Positions 51,041 to 64,000 are shown, numbered from the stretch's first letter. The stretch: DNA of 64,000 nt from Azolla caroliniana (GCA_043228905.1 JBHGNT010000005.1:7254001-7318000); one strand, 5' to 3'. Translations and numbers: made by a program. The notes: a model not told the origin generated them from the letters alone.

Positions 51041-51075
51041 TCGACTTACAAGGCTAGCAATCATATGAAGTATTC

Positions 51076-54000
51076 TCATGCCTGAAGAAGACCATGATAA
51101 AACTTACAACTATCTCCATGTCTGCACCCTTTTGAGAAGAACTTGCACTCTACTTTCTTGTGGATTAAGCTTAGAGCTACATCCAACTGTTTCAGGGTTC
51201 CTGTAATTCTGACGATGCAGAGAGAAGGATCCTCAGGAGGAGCTTCTACTCGGAGGTCAGCATTCGAAATATGCATGATTTCTTTGGAGTTTGTTCCTCC
51301 TTTGCCGATAATGATACCAGCAAGACACCTTTTTAAACTCAATACGACAGTAGAAATAGAACCAGCCACATTGGCATGATTTGCGACCTGCATTGTATTC
51401 TCACTGACATTTGGATATGGATCAATCCTAGAGACTCTGTCTATTTCTTTATGCTGGGTTTTCCTGCACATAAATAAAGGATGGATCAGAGACAAGATTT
51501 AACTAGTACTCGCTCTCATAATATGACCAAGGGATACATGGGGAAATTTTTCCAATTATTCCAAAAAACTGACGTTCTTTATTTAAGCCAGGATAATTTA
51601 AAAATTACAAAAATCTAATGTCTTTAAGTGTCCAGACCTAATTGGCCAAGTTTCATTCTCATGCAGGAATATATTGGAAACCATGTGCTCTTTTATAAAT
51701 ATTTCTAACTAGTGCATGAGGACATCATGTTCCTCAACACTGAGATCCCAAACTCACCCATCAACAGCTCTATCAGCTCTTTCTCCATTTTGGCCCTGAT
51801 GTTTATGAATTGGCTTCCCTTCGACCCTCATTCTACGTTCCAAACGAGCAATCGCACCTCTAGAGTGCTTCTCTTGCAATTGTCTCTTCCTTGCCTCTTC
51901 ATCAGACCATGGCTGCAATCAATGATAATACAACAGTGTGAAACAGCTTAAAAATGTCCACCAAAGTTTAAATGGTAGAGGAGAGGATTCAAATCCTTCC
52001 ATTTTATAAGGATTTGACCTGCCGAAGCGTTTTCACACGATATAGATTTCTCCCTTTGATGATCAAAGGATGAAGTGGTGGTAAAGTTCGTTCACCTGTA
52101 CTCCACAAAACTTCAATCTGCCAAAATTCCTTTTGAGATATGAAAATTTTCTGTGTATGAATATATTCAAATTTTTATGATTTCCTTACAGTGAAAGTGT
52201 GCTGTTGCTTTGCAGAGCCATAACTCTCTTTAATTATTCTTCCAGCAATTGTTCTTATACCTACTGGTGGTCCTGATGAGCACTTTCCACCAACATTGAA
52301 ACTGCACACACACACACAATGTTTACGTTGGCACAGCTTATTCTAGCCAACAGTCCCTTGAATCACATGTCACAATACTCACATATCATAAACCATTTGT
52401 TTGAATAGCACAACATCCCCAACACATGCATCACCTGCAAGCAGAAAAATATAAATCTTTCACAGCATCATTTGAACTCCAAAAAGGAGAGTTTTGTAGC
52501 TGTTAACTTATCATCCAATGCACATCCCAAAGTTCATGTTTTATGTCCAGATATCCATATACACATGAGGCATAGTGTCCGTTTGTCACTCATGTATGCA
52601 TGCATATACATGGCCCATACAAACTGTTAAATCAGTAATAATACCCACCTCATAACAGACACCGAATGTTGAGAGTATGAATGTTGAGAATGGCCACTTG
52701 AATGGAGAAAAGAAAAATATGAGAGAGGCTATCTTTAAAAGCCATATTTAGAACACTTTTATAAGATCTTAACTTAGACTTAAGAGGATAAGAAAGCATA
52801 AGATTAGTTCAGGGCGAAGGCAGCTCTCCACACTCAAAGCGCATGGTTCATATATGTTGTCTTTCTATGATGAGTTACAACAAGCAGATGTTATCTTTGA
52901 TATGTCCATAGGCCCTTTCTTTCTTTTTATGAGGTGAGGCGAAATCATACCTTGGCAATTTATGGTGAATGTGGCTTCTGGGTACTTCAAAAGACCATTG
53001 TTATCTTGAATTCTGATAATGCATTCATTTCCAGAAATATTCAGCAAAGATCCCAGTAGAAAAATGAGACAAAAATAACAATATACCCACTGAATGTGCT
53101 CTTTAATCCGTTCTAAGAGAACACTTTTTGTTCCAGTAAGTCGAAGCCCATTTTCACGGAGATAAGCTTTACACAGCTCTACTGTTATTTTTCTTTCATC
53201 TACTCCATCTGTAATGTGATCAAGAGACATTTCAAATTTAAAAAAAAATGTCTCTCTAAACCTCGGATATAAACAGAGGATGCAGTCACCATCAACTATA
53301 CCTTTTATTTGGTCAATGATAGATTTCTTATCTTTATCAAGGTCAAGTTGTCCAAAGGATTTGAGAAGTTCTGCCATCACAAATATATCAATGTACCATA
53401 AGTTTCAGCTAGAGATTTTGTACAGCATTCATGCATGCAATGCAGTTGAAGGTTGCATACCAGTAGAATTTCCACTGCACGATGGAACACAGCTGCTGTC
53501 CTGTGCACTGTAATAAAGAGAACCGTATTGTAACTATGCAAATCCTACCCTCTACTAAAAATTCAGATTACCACTGAAATTCCTAAAAACAACTAATTTG
53601 TAGGAAACGTCTTGCAATTTATGGACATTGAACATGGATTATTGTAAATGAAGTAACAACATACATGAGCACTTCAAACGACAGTAGAGAAAAAAGTTGT
53701 GTTTCATATTCTGGATATATTATGATGTGTAATACAATGAACTTACAACAGAAAAGAGAAAAAATTTAACCCATAAACTTGGGCAGTTTTGACCTTTTTC
53801 AAGTGCCTAAGTTAGAATTCAAGCTCATCAACATACATCACCAGTGTCCAACCAAGAACCAATCACCTATAATATAAAACATTTCAGTATATGATGTGCC
53901 TAGAACACGCAGATCTGGATAAATCAGAAACAATTCTGGTTCATAAACAGACACAAAATTAAGTGCCAGTTTCTAAATGTTGGGAATCCTGTGAGCATGC

Positions 54001-56542
54001 GTACATGATCAAGATGTCTAATTTAATGCTAGTGACCAATTCTCACTTAAGAAGCACGTTAAGAATGATGACCATTCTCCAAAAAAGTTAGAAACAATAA
54101 GTTATACAATATATGCATATACAGAGTTTTTATTTTGTGATTTGATGTCAAAAGATCTGGATCGCCTATGATATCACAACATTTTTGCGTACATCACAAC
54201 AACGGACATTCAAGTTAAAATTTTCCATTATTCCACTAGCACTATTAGAAGATATAGATTTATGAATGTCATTCTAGACATTGCAATCAGAAGACCTTCA
54301 TATCAACCACTTAGTTGATCAAGAAAATAATGCTTAAAAAAACATAAGCTCATAAAGTTCAAAAAAAAGGAAAAGAAAACTAGAGAACAACAATTTAAAT
54401 CAATGAGAAAACAAGTACAAGGAAGAAAAGTGGAGAAAAAAAGGTGTAACCAACTATAGATTAATGAGAATTAAAAGATAATTGTATACTTTCCCATAAT
54501 AGACTGCAAGTCAACGTAAATGATAAATTATTTATAGACTTACTTTATATGTGCAATGATGCGTTCAATGAGGACATTCTTTGTGCCCGATGACCGTAGT
54601 CCTTGTTCACGAAGGTATGTTTTACACTGCTCAACAGTCACGTTTTTTCCATCTCCGCCATCTGGTAATGAACCATCAAAATATTTTATTTTAACTCAGT
54701 AAATCCTTTCTACAGCATATAACAAAACCATAATCAAGCATATGATGTATACATAGATTGACATATTCGCATTCGTGGGGTTTCCCATTCGGATGCAAAC
54801 GAATACGTATACGAATGCATGTCAAGTATTCGTTAAATAAATAAAAAGTACATAAAAGAGGGAACAATCTAACGTATCTCTAGATGTGCTAACACTTGAT
54901 TATTACTAATGTCTGAATGGTTTACTGTTATTGTGGGTGGCGCTGGAAGATGCTGATCATAGGGAGTCCACTTTGGACAACTATAGTGCCTATATCCAGA
55001 TCACTATCCATCCTATCGGGAGAAGAGCAGGGGTCAATTAGGCACCAGACAAGAGGAATGTGATCCTTAATCACACTTCAGCATTTACATTGGCCAATTA
55101 GTAACTGTGGGCAGCTGGACATTCAGGCAGCCGGCCCATTGTTAACTTATACTTGATTACTTGATTAACAATAACATAATGGAAAACACGATTAAGACAA
55201 TAATCAGCCCATAGTTTTACATTATGTTTATATATGCAGGGGTGATGGAGGGGAGATTGTGCCTCCATCACCTGACATACATCTTCCTTTCCATAATTCC
55301 TGTGCAGTTCATGAACGAGCCTTACATTAATATCTATCGTCACCATCACTCTTGATGTACATATTTGACAGCTAATAATCTCAAAAATGTCCCTTTCTTT
55401 CTTCTTTGTCCTTCATATAAACGTTCTAAATAAATAAACATCTTCACATATCAGGAGACATGTTAATATTTTATTTTTGAATGTTTAAATGTGTATCCTG
55501 ACAGAAAAGCCATCTTGGCACCCTAACATATCACTAGATGTGCCAACACTTAATTGGTAATGTATAAAAGATTTTAACCTCAATGATCAACGCTTAGCTT
55601 CAAAGGAGACATTTCAAAGGCTTAGCTTGGCATGGATTTCACTTTCCTTGTCCTTGATCAACGCTATAAATAAAGAAACACCCTAACATATCACAGGATG
55701 TGCTAATACTTGATCGTTGATGTCTCGTGACATATCTTCCTAGTCATTATCTGTGTATATAAACTATTAAACATCTTAACATATCACGAGATGTGTGAAT
55801 ATAAAGAAATAACGAGACTCTAAAAGAGATGGAGGCAAGTCTAGTTACCTTTCAATGCTTCAATTACAACACTAGAAGGGTATTGGTTTTCTTTGCTATC
55901 CTTCAATTTGTTTGATGTCTTTGTCTCACCTTTGGAAGCAGGCAATGATGTCCTAAAAGGAATGAAAAAAGGAAGTATTTTTCATAATGAGTAGGTACTG
56001 AAAAACACCACTTGAACTTGAGATTGATTGAGATAGTGACAAATCAACACTAATACACATTAGCGAGATCCATATGTTATAGATACATGTATACACCTAA
56101 GTATTTATACATAGACATACATTTCAAATTACAGTATAGATGTACATACACACACATATATACATATACATATAAATGTATATACGTAAATGCACATAAA
56201 CATATATGTATATATGTTCATCTATCTACTTATATGTATGTATAGATAAAGAGATACAATAGATACCTATAAATGTATATGCACACACATATAAATATAT
56301 ATACGTAAATGCACATAAACATATATGTATATATGTTCATCTATGTACTTATATGTATGTATAGATACATAGATACAATAGATACCTATAAATGTATATG
56401 CGAATGGATCAGCATACATACATATGCATACATAGAAACAGAGAGAGAAATAGACCTATGTGGAGATGGCGTATAGATGGAAGCGTCATCACTCGTGGAC
56501 TCATCGTCATCTCCATCCGAAAACGGCAGGAACTCGTCATAC

Positions 56543-56573
<31 letters not shown>

Positions 56574-56685
56574 CTTCTTCATCATAAGGTTCATGTCTCT
56601 CTTTCTGTCTGTCTAACTGCATCTCAAAGGCTCTCTGACTCTGACTCTGACTCTGATTCGGGTTAATGGTATCAAGGACCTCCAT
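51076..56685 (-). CDS. SAP-SAP-(C3H62/SAP-protein conserved core)-KH-CCCH nucleic-acid-binding protein, 12 exons
   Basis: In-frame GT-AG exons: 56685-56456, 55952-55849, 54661-54544 (SAP1 VEQCKTYLREQGLRSSGTKNVLIERI), 53507-53461, 53370-53290, 53208-53091 (SAP2 VELCKAYLRENGLRLTGTKSVLLERI), 53012-52951, 52434-52383, 52301-52190, 52117-52019, 51912-51758 (together the core KYP..F.INCQGDACVGDVVLF...RTIAGRIIKESYGSAKQQHTFTIEVLWS...IKGRNLYR...PWSDEEAR...EKHSRG) and 51463-51076 (KH GIIIGKGG plus CKFFSKGCRHGDSCKFYH). Confidence 0.85.
54752..54835. mobile_element. One terminus of the same hAT-MITE family as 11168-11841, in intron 2 of the SAP gene
   Basis: catagattgacatattcgcattcgtggggtttcccattcggatgcaaacgaatacg matches the reverse complement of ~11760-11841. 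No second TIR was found. Confidence 0.8.
56145..56400. repeat. ~130-bp AT-rich intronic tandem duplication
   Basis: atatacgtaaatgcacataaacatatatgtatatatgttcatctat...agatacaatagatacctataaatgtatatg occurs twice. Confidence 0.75.
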
Positions 56686-59054
56686 GGCGCACTAATACTC
56701 TAATTCCTGAAGAGCTACTAGAGTACAGTACAGTACATATACATAATAATACCCTGCCTTTCTTTCATGGCTGTGTGTAAAATTTAAATACATTGTGTGT
56801 GTGTGAGTGTGTAATGTGGGCACGTACATACATACATACATACATACATACATACATACATGCATGCATGCATGCATGCATACATACTTATCACATGCAT
56901 GCATGCCTGCATACACACAAGGGAGACACCCCCTAATATAATGAGTGAATGCATGAGTGAGTGTCGTGCCTCCTCATATGAGAGAGGATGTGTCACGTAT
57001 GGAGGAGGAGGAGGAGGTAAGGTCTCTCGGAGGTGAGGAGGCAAGATCCCTTGGAGTCCTTAGCCAAGTATCGGTGTCTGGTGCGGCTATAGTGTATGTT
57101 GACCTGGTTCACCTGCATCGGTGTAGTTGACATAGTGTATACACCATTTTATTGATGTAGCATGTAGGGTCCCATCCCCTCCCATCCATATCGGTCCCAA
57201 GCTTGCTCGCCTACACGGCACAAACTTATGTAGAGCCATCCGTTTACTCTCGGATGATACGTGTGCCGCATGTTAAGGATCCCACTGTACGTGAGATCTT
57301 CTTGCCTAAATCGCAAAAACATTGAAAAGAGGACTATTTGTTGTTCTCTAAGTTGATGACATTGTTCGAAAACGATGTCAATGGCCTCATCCTCAAGAAC
57401 TTGCCACCCTTTTGATACTCTCTACACCTCTACAAAATGATAACCCCAAGAACGTAATGTAGCAAGGTATATATATGTAAGGCAACACTATGTCCCAGAA
57501 AATGGGATATTCTTTTTACCCAACAAGTGGTAAGCAAGCTTCTTAATTTGGGAAACTTAAATTTTAGAACAAGGATGAGGTTTGTTCTCATCATGTCCAA
57601 CCATAACCCCAATAAATTTTAGTATGAATTCGCTTTTTTCTTCTTATTCTTTTTCCCTAAAAATAAGATTGGATCTTTCTTGTAATCCATGGATGCGTCT
57701 TGATATGAAACATTCATTAACGCATATTTCCATGGAATATATCCATGGATGTGTTTATGGGTGTCTATTTGCATGGACAAGGAACTTGAAGTATGATATT
57801 GAAGTGTACATACATATCCAATATCATATGTGTGTACCAAAGGTTAGAGCCCATAGTTTGAGTAATCATAGGGGACCACTTACATTGAATGCTTATAAGA
57901 GGGGAATAAAGGCTGCTCAAATCAAGCTAACTTATTTGAGTCTTGAGCCCTATTCTCTCTCTCTCTCTCTCTCTCTCTCTTACTTTTCCCTTTCCCACAC
58001 ACTCTTCCCTTTCCCTTGTTCATATGCTCTTTCTCCTCTTTTCACCCTCTTCCATTCCATATTTGCATGCTCTTGCTTGGCCCTCTTTCACGCGGGTTTT
58101 ACACCATTGTCGCACTACTTCACAACAAACATGGGGAAGATTGAGATAAAAAAGCATAAACACTAGGAGTGTGTTTTTGTCTAAGATGCAAGAGCATGAA
58201 CATTGCTCCAGTAGACCTCTAAGGGTTAAGATGTGAAAAGTTTTATTTTTCATTTGTTGGTGATTTTGTATCTCTCGTTTGCGCTACGAAGGTGGGTGAG
58301 GAGGAGCGTAGGGACAAATACATAAGTTATGCAAATTTCTAATTGTGAAATGTTATTTAAAAACAAGATTCTTGCGTTTGTCAATAACACCTTCATAATA
58401 GTGTTTGTGGATGTCATGTATTCCGCATGGTTGAATCCACAACAATTAAGAAACACAAACAATATCAAAAAGTCATAATATAGTCCCATGTTTGATCTAG
58501 AATACAATAACTAAAATGTCCCACTATTTGACAATGATGGAATCCATGTTTGCAATTCAAAAATTTATGAAGAACATGAAGTGCTATGATGTTTCCTATC
58601 TCAATCTTTTGAATCATGGAAAAGTGTGTGATTTGAACTACCATTGTTGAATTGGAGTTTTTCAACCTCTACTCTGATATTTATATACAGTTGCTCACAT
58701 ATTGAATGTATATTCGAAAGCCAGTCACACACAAATATTTTATTTGACCCAAATCCAAACATGTGGTAATGTGAACAGGTTTGAAGTCACGTTATTATTA
58801 AGTACTCTGATTCATATTTAAAAGAAATGAAAGCAATAAGAACCGTAATTAACAATGGTTTCTTTTTATGCCCTCCATATTATGCTTTAATTTAATAGAG
58901 GAGCACGAATATACATACATTGCCTAAAGTATATAAGTATTTACTACTTTTATAATCTTGACATGTAATGTCATTAAAGCTCAAGCAAATGCTTCACCAT
59001 AGAGTGTTTACTTCCGCTTGTTTATAAACAAGAGTTGAAATAATGCAGGTTACA

Positions 59055-59195
59055 CCTACAAGTGCTCTTATTGAGATGTATGCAAAAAGTGGTTGTATGC
59101 TTGAAGTTCAACAAGTCTTTGCTATAAGACAAGCAAGAAGACCTATTGAATGGACTAGTTTAATTTGGGATAATGCTCGAAACAGAGAAACTATA
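59055..59195 (+). pseudogene. PPR motif relic
   Basis: Translates TSALIEMYAKSGCMLEVQQVF...IEWTSLIWDNARN. Confidence 0.6.
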
Positions 59196-60899
59196 CAAAA
59201 TTGAGCACAATTATGGTTTCAAATATCGTATCATGGATATGCCACGGAGGTGCAATATTAGTTTTACTTTAATTTTAATACCAATGGAGGATATTTATAA
59301 AAAAAAGAGTTGAAATAATGGACCAAGTCTCCATTTTCTTTTTCTTCTTAAAAATAGTGTATGTATTAAAACATCACAACTATACAAAAGATCCTTGATT
59401 TCCTATTGCAATAGTGAGTATCTTACGACAAGGTTATCCTCATAAGTTGACTTAAGCCTATACGACATAACTACTACTAAGGAAAAGGTGTTTGCAAAGC
59501 TCGAGCTCAAATTTCCTTTGACAAACATGCTTGGTTGTGGTACTCCATGGAAACTCCAATACTACCATAGAACCGAAAAATTAAGGTAGTCAAAAACCAC
59601 CTTATATTATGGGGAGATTAAAGCTTTGAATTCATTTAGTAAATCCATTGAAAGGGTGAAAACATTGTCCTAGTTAACGATGCCTTACGTTATGACTACA
59701 CAAGCCAATAAGTTTGGTGATTACGCATGCAATACTCCTCAATTATCATGATATAGGAAAACCATGTCCCATCTAAAACATATTGACATTTTAACATTCT
59801 TGCCAATGGCAACATGTCAAACATTGCCTACCAAGAAACACTTTGGACACAAAATGGAAACTTTAGATAGTCATAATTTGTCAGACACTTGATGCAACCA
59901 TCTTACATAACAAGTAGTGTGCCACGTACAACCACATTTCCATCACCAACCAATCTCTATCTTTAATTAAATTATGATAGACATAAATTACAAATTCCAA
60001 TTTTTTGCTATCAAGTAACCAATCTTTCCACCTGTTAATTAACCAAATTATGTTTTCGAAATCTCAGTTAATTTCTAACAATATCTCTTTAGCCCATAAA
60101 AATTTATATCTTTGGAGCATAGGTGCTACCCCATTGTTTTCAATAACATTATTTATTGGTTATCCCTATTTATACAAACTTTATTGTTATCATTTAGCAT
60201 GAGAATCCACCTCTTGAAAAATTTCAGCCCTATTTTTGCATGATTGTGATTCTTAACACTCATGTACCATAAGGTCACAATTTAGTGTCTTTCTCTTAAA
60301 TGCCAAGTAGATCAAAGGTCAAAACAACAGTTTCCCATTACCATTTTATAACTATATATTTTGGTTTAAACGTAAATGTCACTGATTGCAAGAAACCTTG
60401 GATCTTCTTGCTTATGGGTTTTAACTTCACTTTTAAAGGTGCACAAGATATGCATGTTGAGTGAATTGTAACTTGTAACTTTGTAAGTACTTGGGGCATG
60501 GCATGCTATAAATGTAAAGGCGAGATTGTAAATTCTAACCTTGTTCGTGTGCTATATGATGAAAAAGGTTCTAAGAGCATGCAATTACATCTTTAATTGC
60601 AATGTAATGAATGAGAAACCATATCGGATTGAAATATAAAATCATGGGAATCTTTCTTCAACTTTTTGTATTAAGAAGCCATTACTACTAAAGCACAATG
60701 TGAACGTGATGCTTTATACATCATATAAGAGACTTTAGTTATTGCAATACTTCTTGTTTATATGGCAATAGCTTCCGCTTTGCAACTTTACGTTTGGGTG
60801 TTCAAGTCCATAGCAATAGCTTTGATGTTATATTGATTAAAGTCTCCTGGATTTTGCACCCTAGCTCCTAAAAAAATGGCTTTGAAACATATCGTTGCC

Positions 60900-61800
60900 A
60901 TTTTAAACGAGATTGAAACCTTCATTGCAATGCCTTAGTGGATATGTAGGCCAAATGTGGTTTTCTCTCAACAAACACGAGAAATCTTCGATGATCTTCC
61001 TGTGAAATTTAACAGCCTTTCAATCCAAGAACACGTCTCTTGGAACGCACTGATTGTAGGATATGGTAAGAATGGGAAAATTGAGGAAGTGCTCAATCAA
61101 TTCTATCAAACGAAGGATCCGTGGCTAGCCATTGTCACAAGATGCTCCACATGCCAAAGAGTCAAGACAATGTTGCCTAGAGGCTTGGATGGACATGTGC
61201 CAACCAATTCTATATGTAATGATTATGCCAAAAATATACAAGGTGTGGCCTTGACTTCTACTCCTTAATAGTGTTTATCTTGCTTGACAATGCAACCTTT
61301 TCAATACTTCAAGTAATAATTTATGTTGAAATATGATTAATGCGGCTAAATTAAAGGTTATGGGTACTTCACTTAAAATATTAGTATATCTATCCAATAT
61401 TTCAACATGACAAGACAATTTGTGACATGGATCAAATTATTCCATTGCTTTGGCAAATGTCACTCTCCCTTGCTTGTTCTTTTGTTTTACATTGATTAAT
61501 GGAGGCATTATTGTTGGCCAACAATGTACTAGGGTATTTGTGAGAACTCCTCAAATGGGATGAAAAGCGTCAAAAATCTACTCGTGTAGATTTATCACCA
61601 ACGTCTTCTTATGTAAATGTTTATGGGGCAAATCTAGTCTAGGGCAAATATGTAAGGATCTCATATGTAAACACAAGAACATGATCAAACATTTGTGTCG
61701 CTTATACATTCAATTCTTTTATCCCAATGGTATCTCAAAATATTGTTATAGTTCCTTCACTGCATATTGTAGGGTTGATATGCTAGTTAGTTGGAGACCT
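60900..61800 (+). pseudogene. Decayed PLS-PPR pseudogene
   Basis: CNALVDM*AKCG (frameshift) REIFDDLPV...EHVSWNALIVGYGKNGKIEEVLNQF. A weaker L2-like VDML remnant lies near 61770. Confidence 0.65.
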
Positions 61801-63295
61801 CCCTCCGAATTAGACGTACAACTCTAATTGAATACAACTTTCCATATGATTGAATAGAAACTATCAAAGTGGCACAAGGTATGATGATGCCTCCATATTA
61901 GAGAAACATACAAGAAATTTCAAGCCACATTGATGCACAAAAAATAAAAAAGCTTAAATAACTAATCAATTCATGGTTCTCTATATATTTATATACATCT
62001 AGATGCTAGGAATACAAAATTTCAATGACCATTTTATTAGTACAATTGAGACATCCTTTCAACTGTTGGAGCAATTTTATTATTATAAATCACCATCATA
62101 AATAGTAAGGTGTTTATACATTCTTATAGTTGATGGCATCATCGAAAGCATGCGATTGTTGGTTGGAATCAACAAAGGTTTGGTTTGAGCCAAATTGAAC
62201 AACAAAACTGTGTCTTACGTAGTTTGGTTAGGTTTAAACATTTGTAAATAGTTTGGTGTATCTAGCTTGAAATCATTGTTTAAATAATTTGATGGTTTGG
62301 TGGAATATTTTAAAATATATGATTTATGGAACGTGTATTATAACCATAAGATTTTAACTTCAAATCCTAGCAATTCTTTTAAGTCAAAAGAAAAGTTATA
62401 ATAGTTTGGTTCAGGTGGAGTCCAAATTGCCAAACCGCAATTTATAGATCTCTTGAATTGTTTGGTTTGAGCTTAAAAATCTTGGAGCAATTTGGTTTGT
62501 ATGGTTTCGGTTTACAAGTTTTGGGATTCAATTCGGTCCAATATAAGCTTGAAAATTTTTAAACACTTCCTGTTTGACTCCCAATCTAAATTGTTGTCAA
62601 TTAGGGATTATTGGGTAGAGGCGGGCTAACATAGAGTTTACAAGCATTATTGTTTAATGATGCTTTAAAGAATAGTATCTTTTGCAAAGACTCCTTAGGT
62701 AGAGGGCATTGTCAATGTTTCTAGAGCTCAATAACCTCATTGAAAGCATTGTTGATGAATGGCAATAAGGTGACACAAAGGTAGGGAGGGCGCTACTATT
62801 TCATGACGATTTAGAGAATAATATCATTTAAAAAAGAGTCGTCAAGTAGCAACGGGGCATGCCAACCACAAATACATTCACAATCTATTTATTCATGGAT
62901 TAGATTCGATTTTGATCTATCCCAAGATGTTACTATACTATGCAATTCATAAGGTATTTGAATTGGATATGTGTTGGATTCATCCAAAGAGAAGATGTCT
63001 TAAATATACTTTGAATACCAATAGGTGCACCAAATGCATATGGTACTCTACCTTGTTAAAATACCCAAACTTCAACATCGAAAATGGCCAATACAAGGTG
63101 TGCTTGCAGTTTGTTGGGGAAAGTTTCTCGCATATTGTTTGTTTGTACCAGAAATTCACGTGTTGTATGTGGCAAATATCAATGATGTTGTTGCGTCAAG
63201 GTTACCTTAAATACATTGGAACTACTCCCAAGGAATGCAAAATCTTTGCAACGGATTAGAAACATATCACCAAAGGTTGAACAAATGAACTTCAT

Positions 63296-63381
63296 GTCTC
63301 TAGCGTAGGGGTTTGAACGAATGGCCTTCGAGTAGTCGTTAACCAGCAAGGTGTTTGTGAGACAACCTCACGAGCTATGTC
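63296..63381 (-). mobile_element. Possible tRNA-derived SINE head
   Basis: Minus strand tagctcgtgagg (A-box-like) and cgttcaaacc (B-box-like). No TSD or tail identified. Confidence 0.3.
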
Positions 63382-63817
63382 ATGGATCGGATGTGGTGAG
63401 TCAGCTTGGTTTCTCATTCGCGAGTCGCGGAGTCGCGAGCAATAAGACGCTCATTGACCTGCATCAGAAGTCATAATATCGAGAGAACCCAAGTTCAAAT
63501 TCCATCTCACCCTATCATATGTATGTATGTATGTATGCATGTATGTCTTCTTCTCTCTCTCTCTAGGACATGAATATATCATCATTTGAATGTTCTTCAT
63601 TGGCATCAAAGAAAAGAATCTCCAAGATCCCTGGAATCCAGCTCAGCCAAGCCCAAAGAATCTGAAAAAATTCCAAGCCTTCACTAAACGAAGAAAAAAG
63701 AAACCATTAAAAAAAAAAACAGAGTCTTAACAAGGATTCTCTGGTCTCTCTCAGAGTCACTTCTCTCTCTCTCTCTCACCCTCTCTGTCTCTGTCTCTGT
63801 AGATCTGATGTCAAGAT

Positions 63818-63980
63818 TAGGTCATTCCGTTAAAGCCATGGAAATTTAATCCTCTCTCTCTCTCTCAAACAGATGTCTCTTCTCTTAATCTTGCTTTTTT
63901 AGGTCATTCCGTTAAAGCCATGGAAATTTAATCCTCTCTCTCTTTCTCAAACAGATGTCTCTTCTCTTAATCTTGCTTTT
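63818..63980. repeat. ~82-bp tandem duplication in a CT-rich, probable 5'UTR/intron-like region
   Basis: aggtcattccgttaaagccatggaaatttaatcctctctc...ttaatcttgctttt at ~63819 and 63901. Confidence 0.85.
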
Positions 63981-64000
63981 CTTGGTTAAAATTTGATAAT

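Noticed and set aside
50272-51057. 261-aa ORF with 59-aa repeats
   Set aside because: It is a by-product of a 177-bp (multiple of 3) array. It is antisense to the adjacent gene, an upstream unit has a stop, and it has no recognisable domain.
56392-57044. Short ORFs over (TTC)n, (TACA)n and (TGCA)n
   Set aside because: Microsatellite translations. Only the poly-Glu frame in exon 1 of the SAP gene is considered coding.
62150-62560. ggttt/ggttc-rich MITE-like region
   Set aside because: Resembles hAT subterminal motifs, but no TIR or TSD pair was found.

Overview
Eukaryotic plant nuclear DNA, probably from a fern. That assignment is inferred from intronless PLS-class PPR genes, a fern-like rpoC1 fragment and a Tcn1-like chromovirus. 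1-15.4 kb is a nest of LTR retrotransposons. A decayed + strand Ty3/gypsy host carries three insertions: an internally deleted Ty1/copia (TSD CCAGG), a 5'-truncated element with a 46-bp array, and a two-LTR minus-strand chromovirus (TSD GATGC). The chromovirus in turn holds a copia solo LTR and a hAT-type MITE. 16-41 kb is gene-rich: an mTERF4/BSM-like gene, two PLS-E PPR genes, TONNEAU1, a chimeric rpoC1-rbcL plastid insertion and an RLCK-V kinase. 42.9-49.1 kb is a decayed Tnt1/Tork-like copia containing a 1.9-kb solo-LTR-like insert. Two tandem arrays (88 bp and 177 bp) follow, then a 12-exon SAP-SAP-(C3H62-like core)-KH-CCCH gene and PPR pseudogene relics. The most notable signals are a Tf1-type self-priming PBS and a -1 frameshift cassette in the chromovirus, tRNA-derived Pol III modules inside two different LTRs, and the chimeric SAP/KH/CCCH gene with a 177-bp array just 3' of it. 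All exon structures and family assignments were read by eye and are not database-verified.
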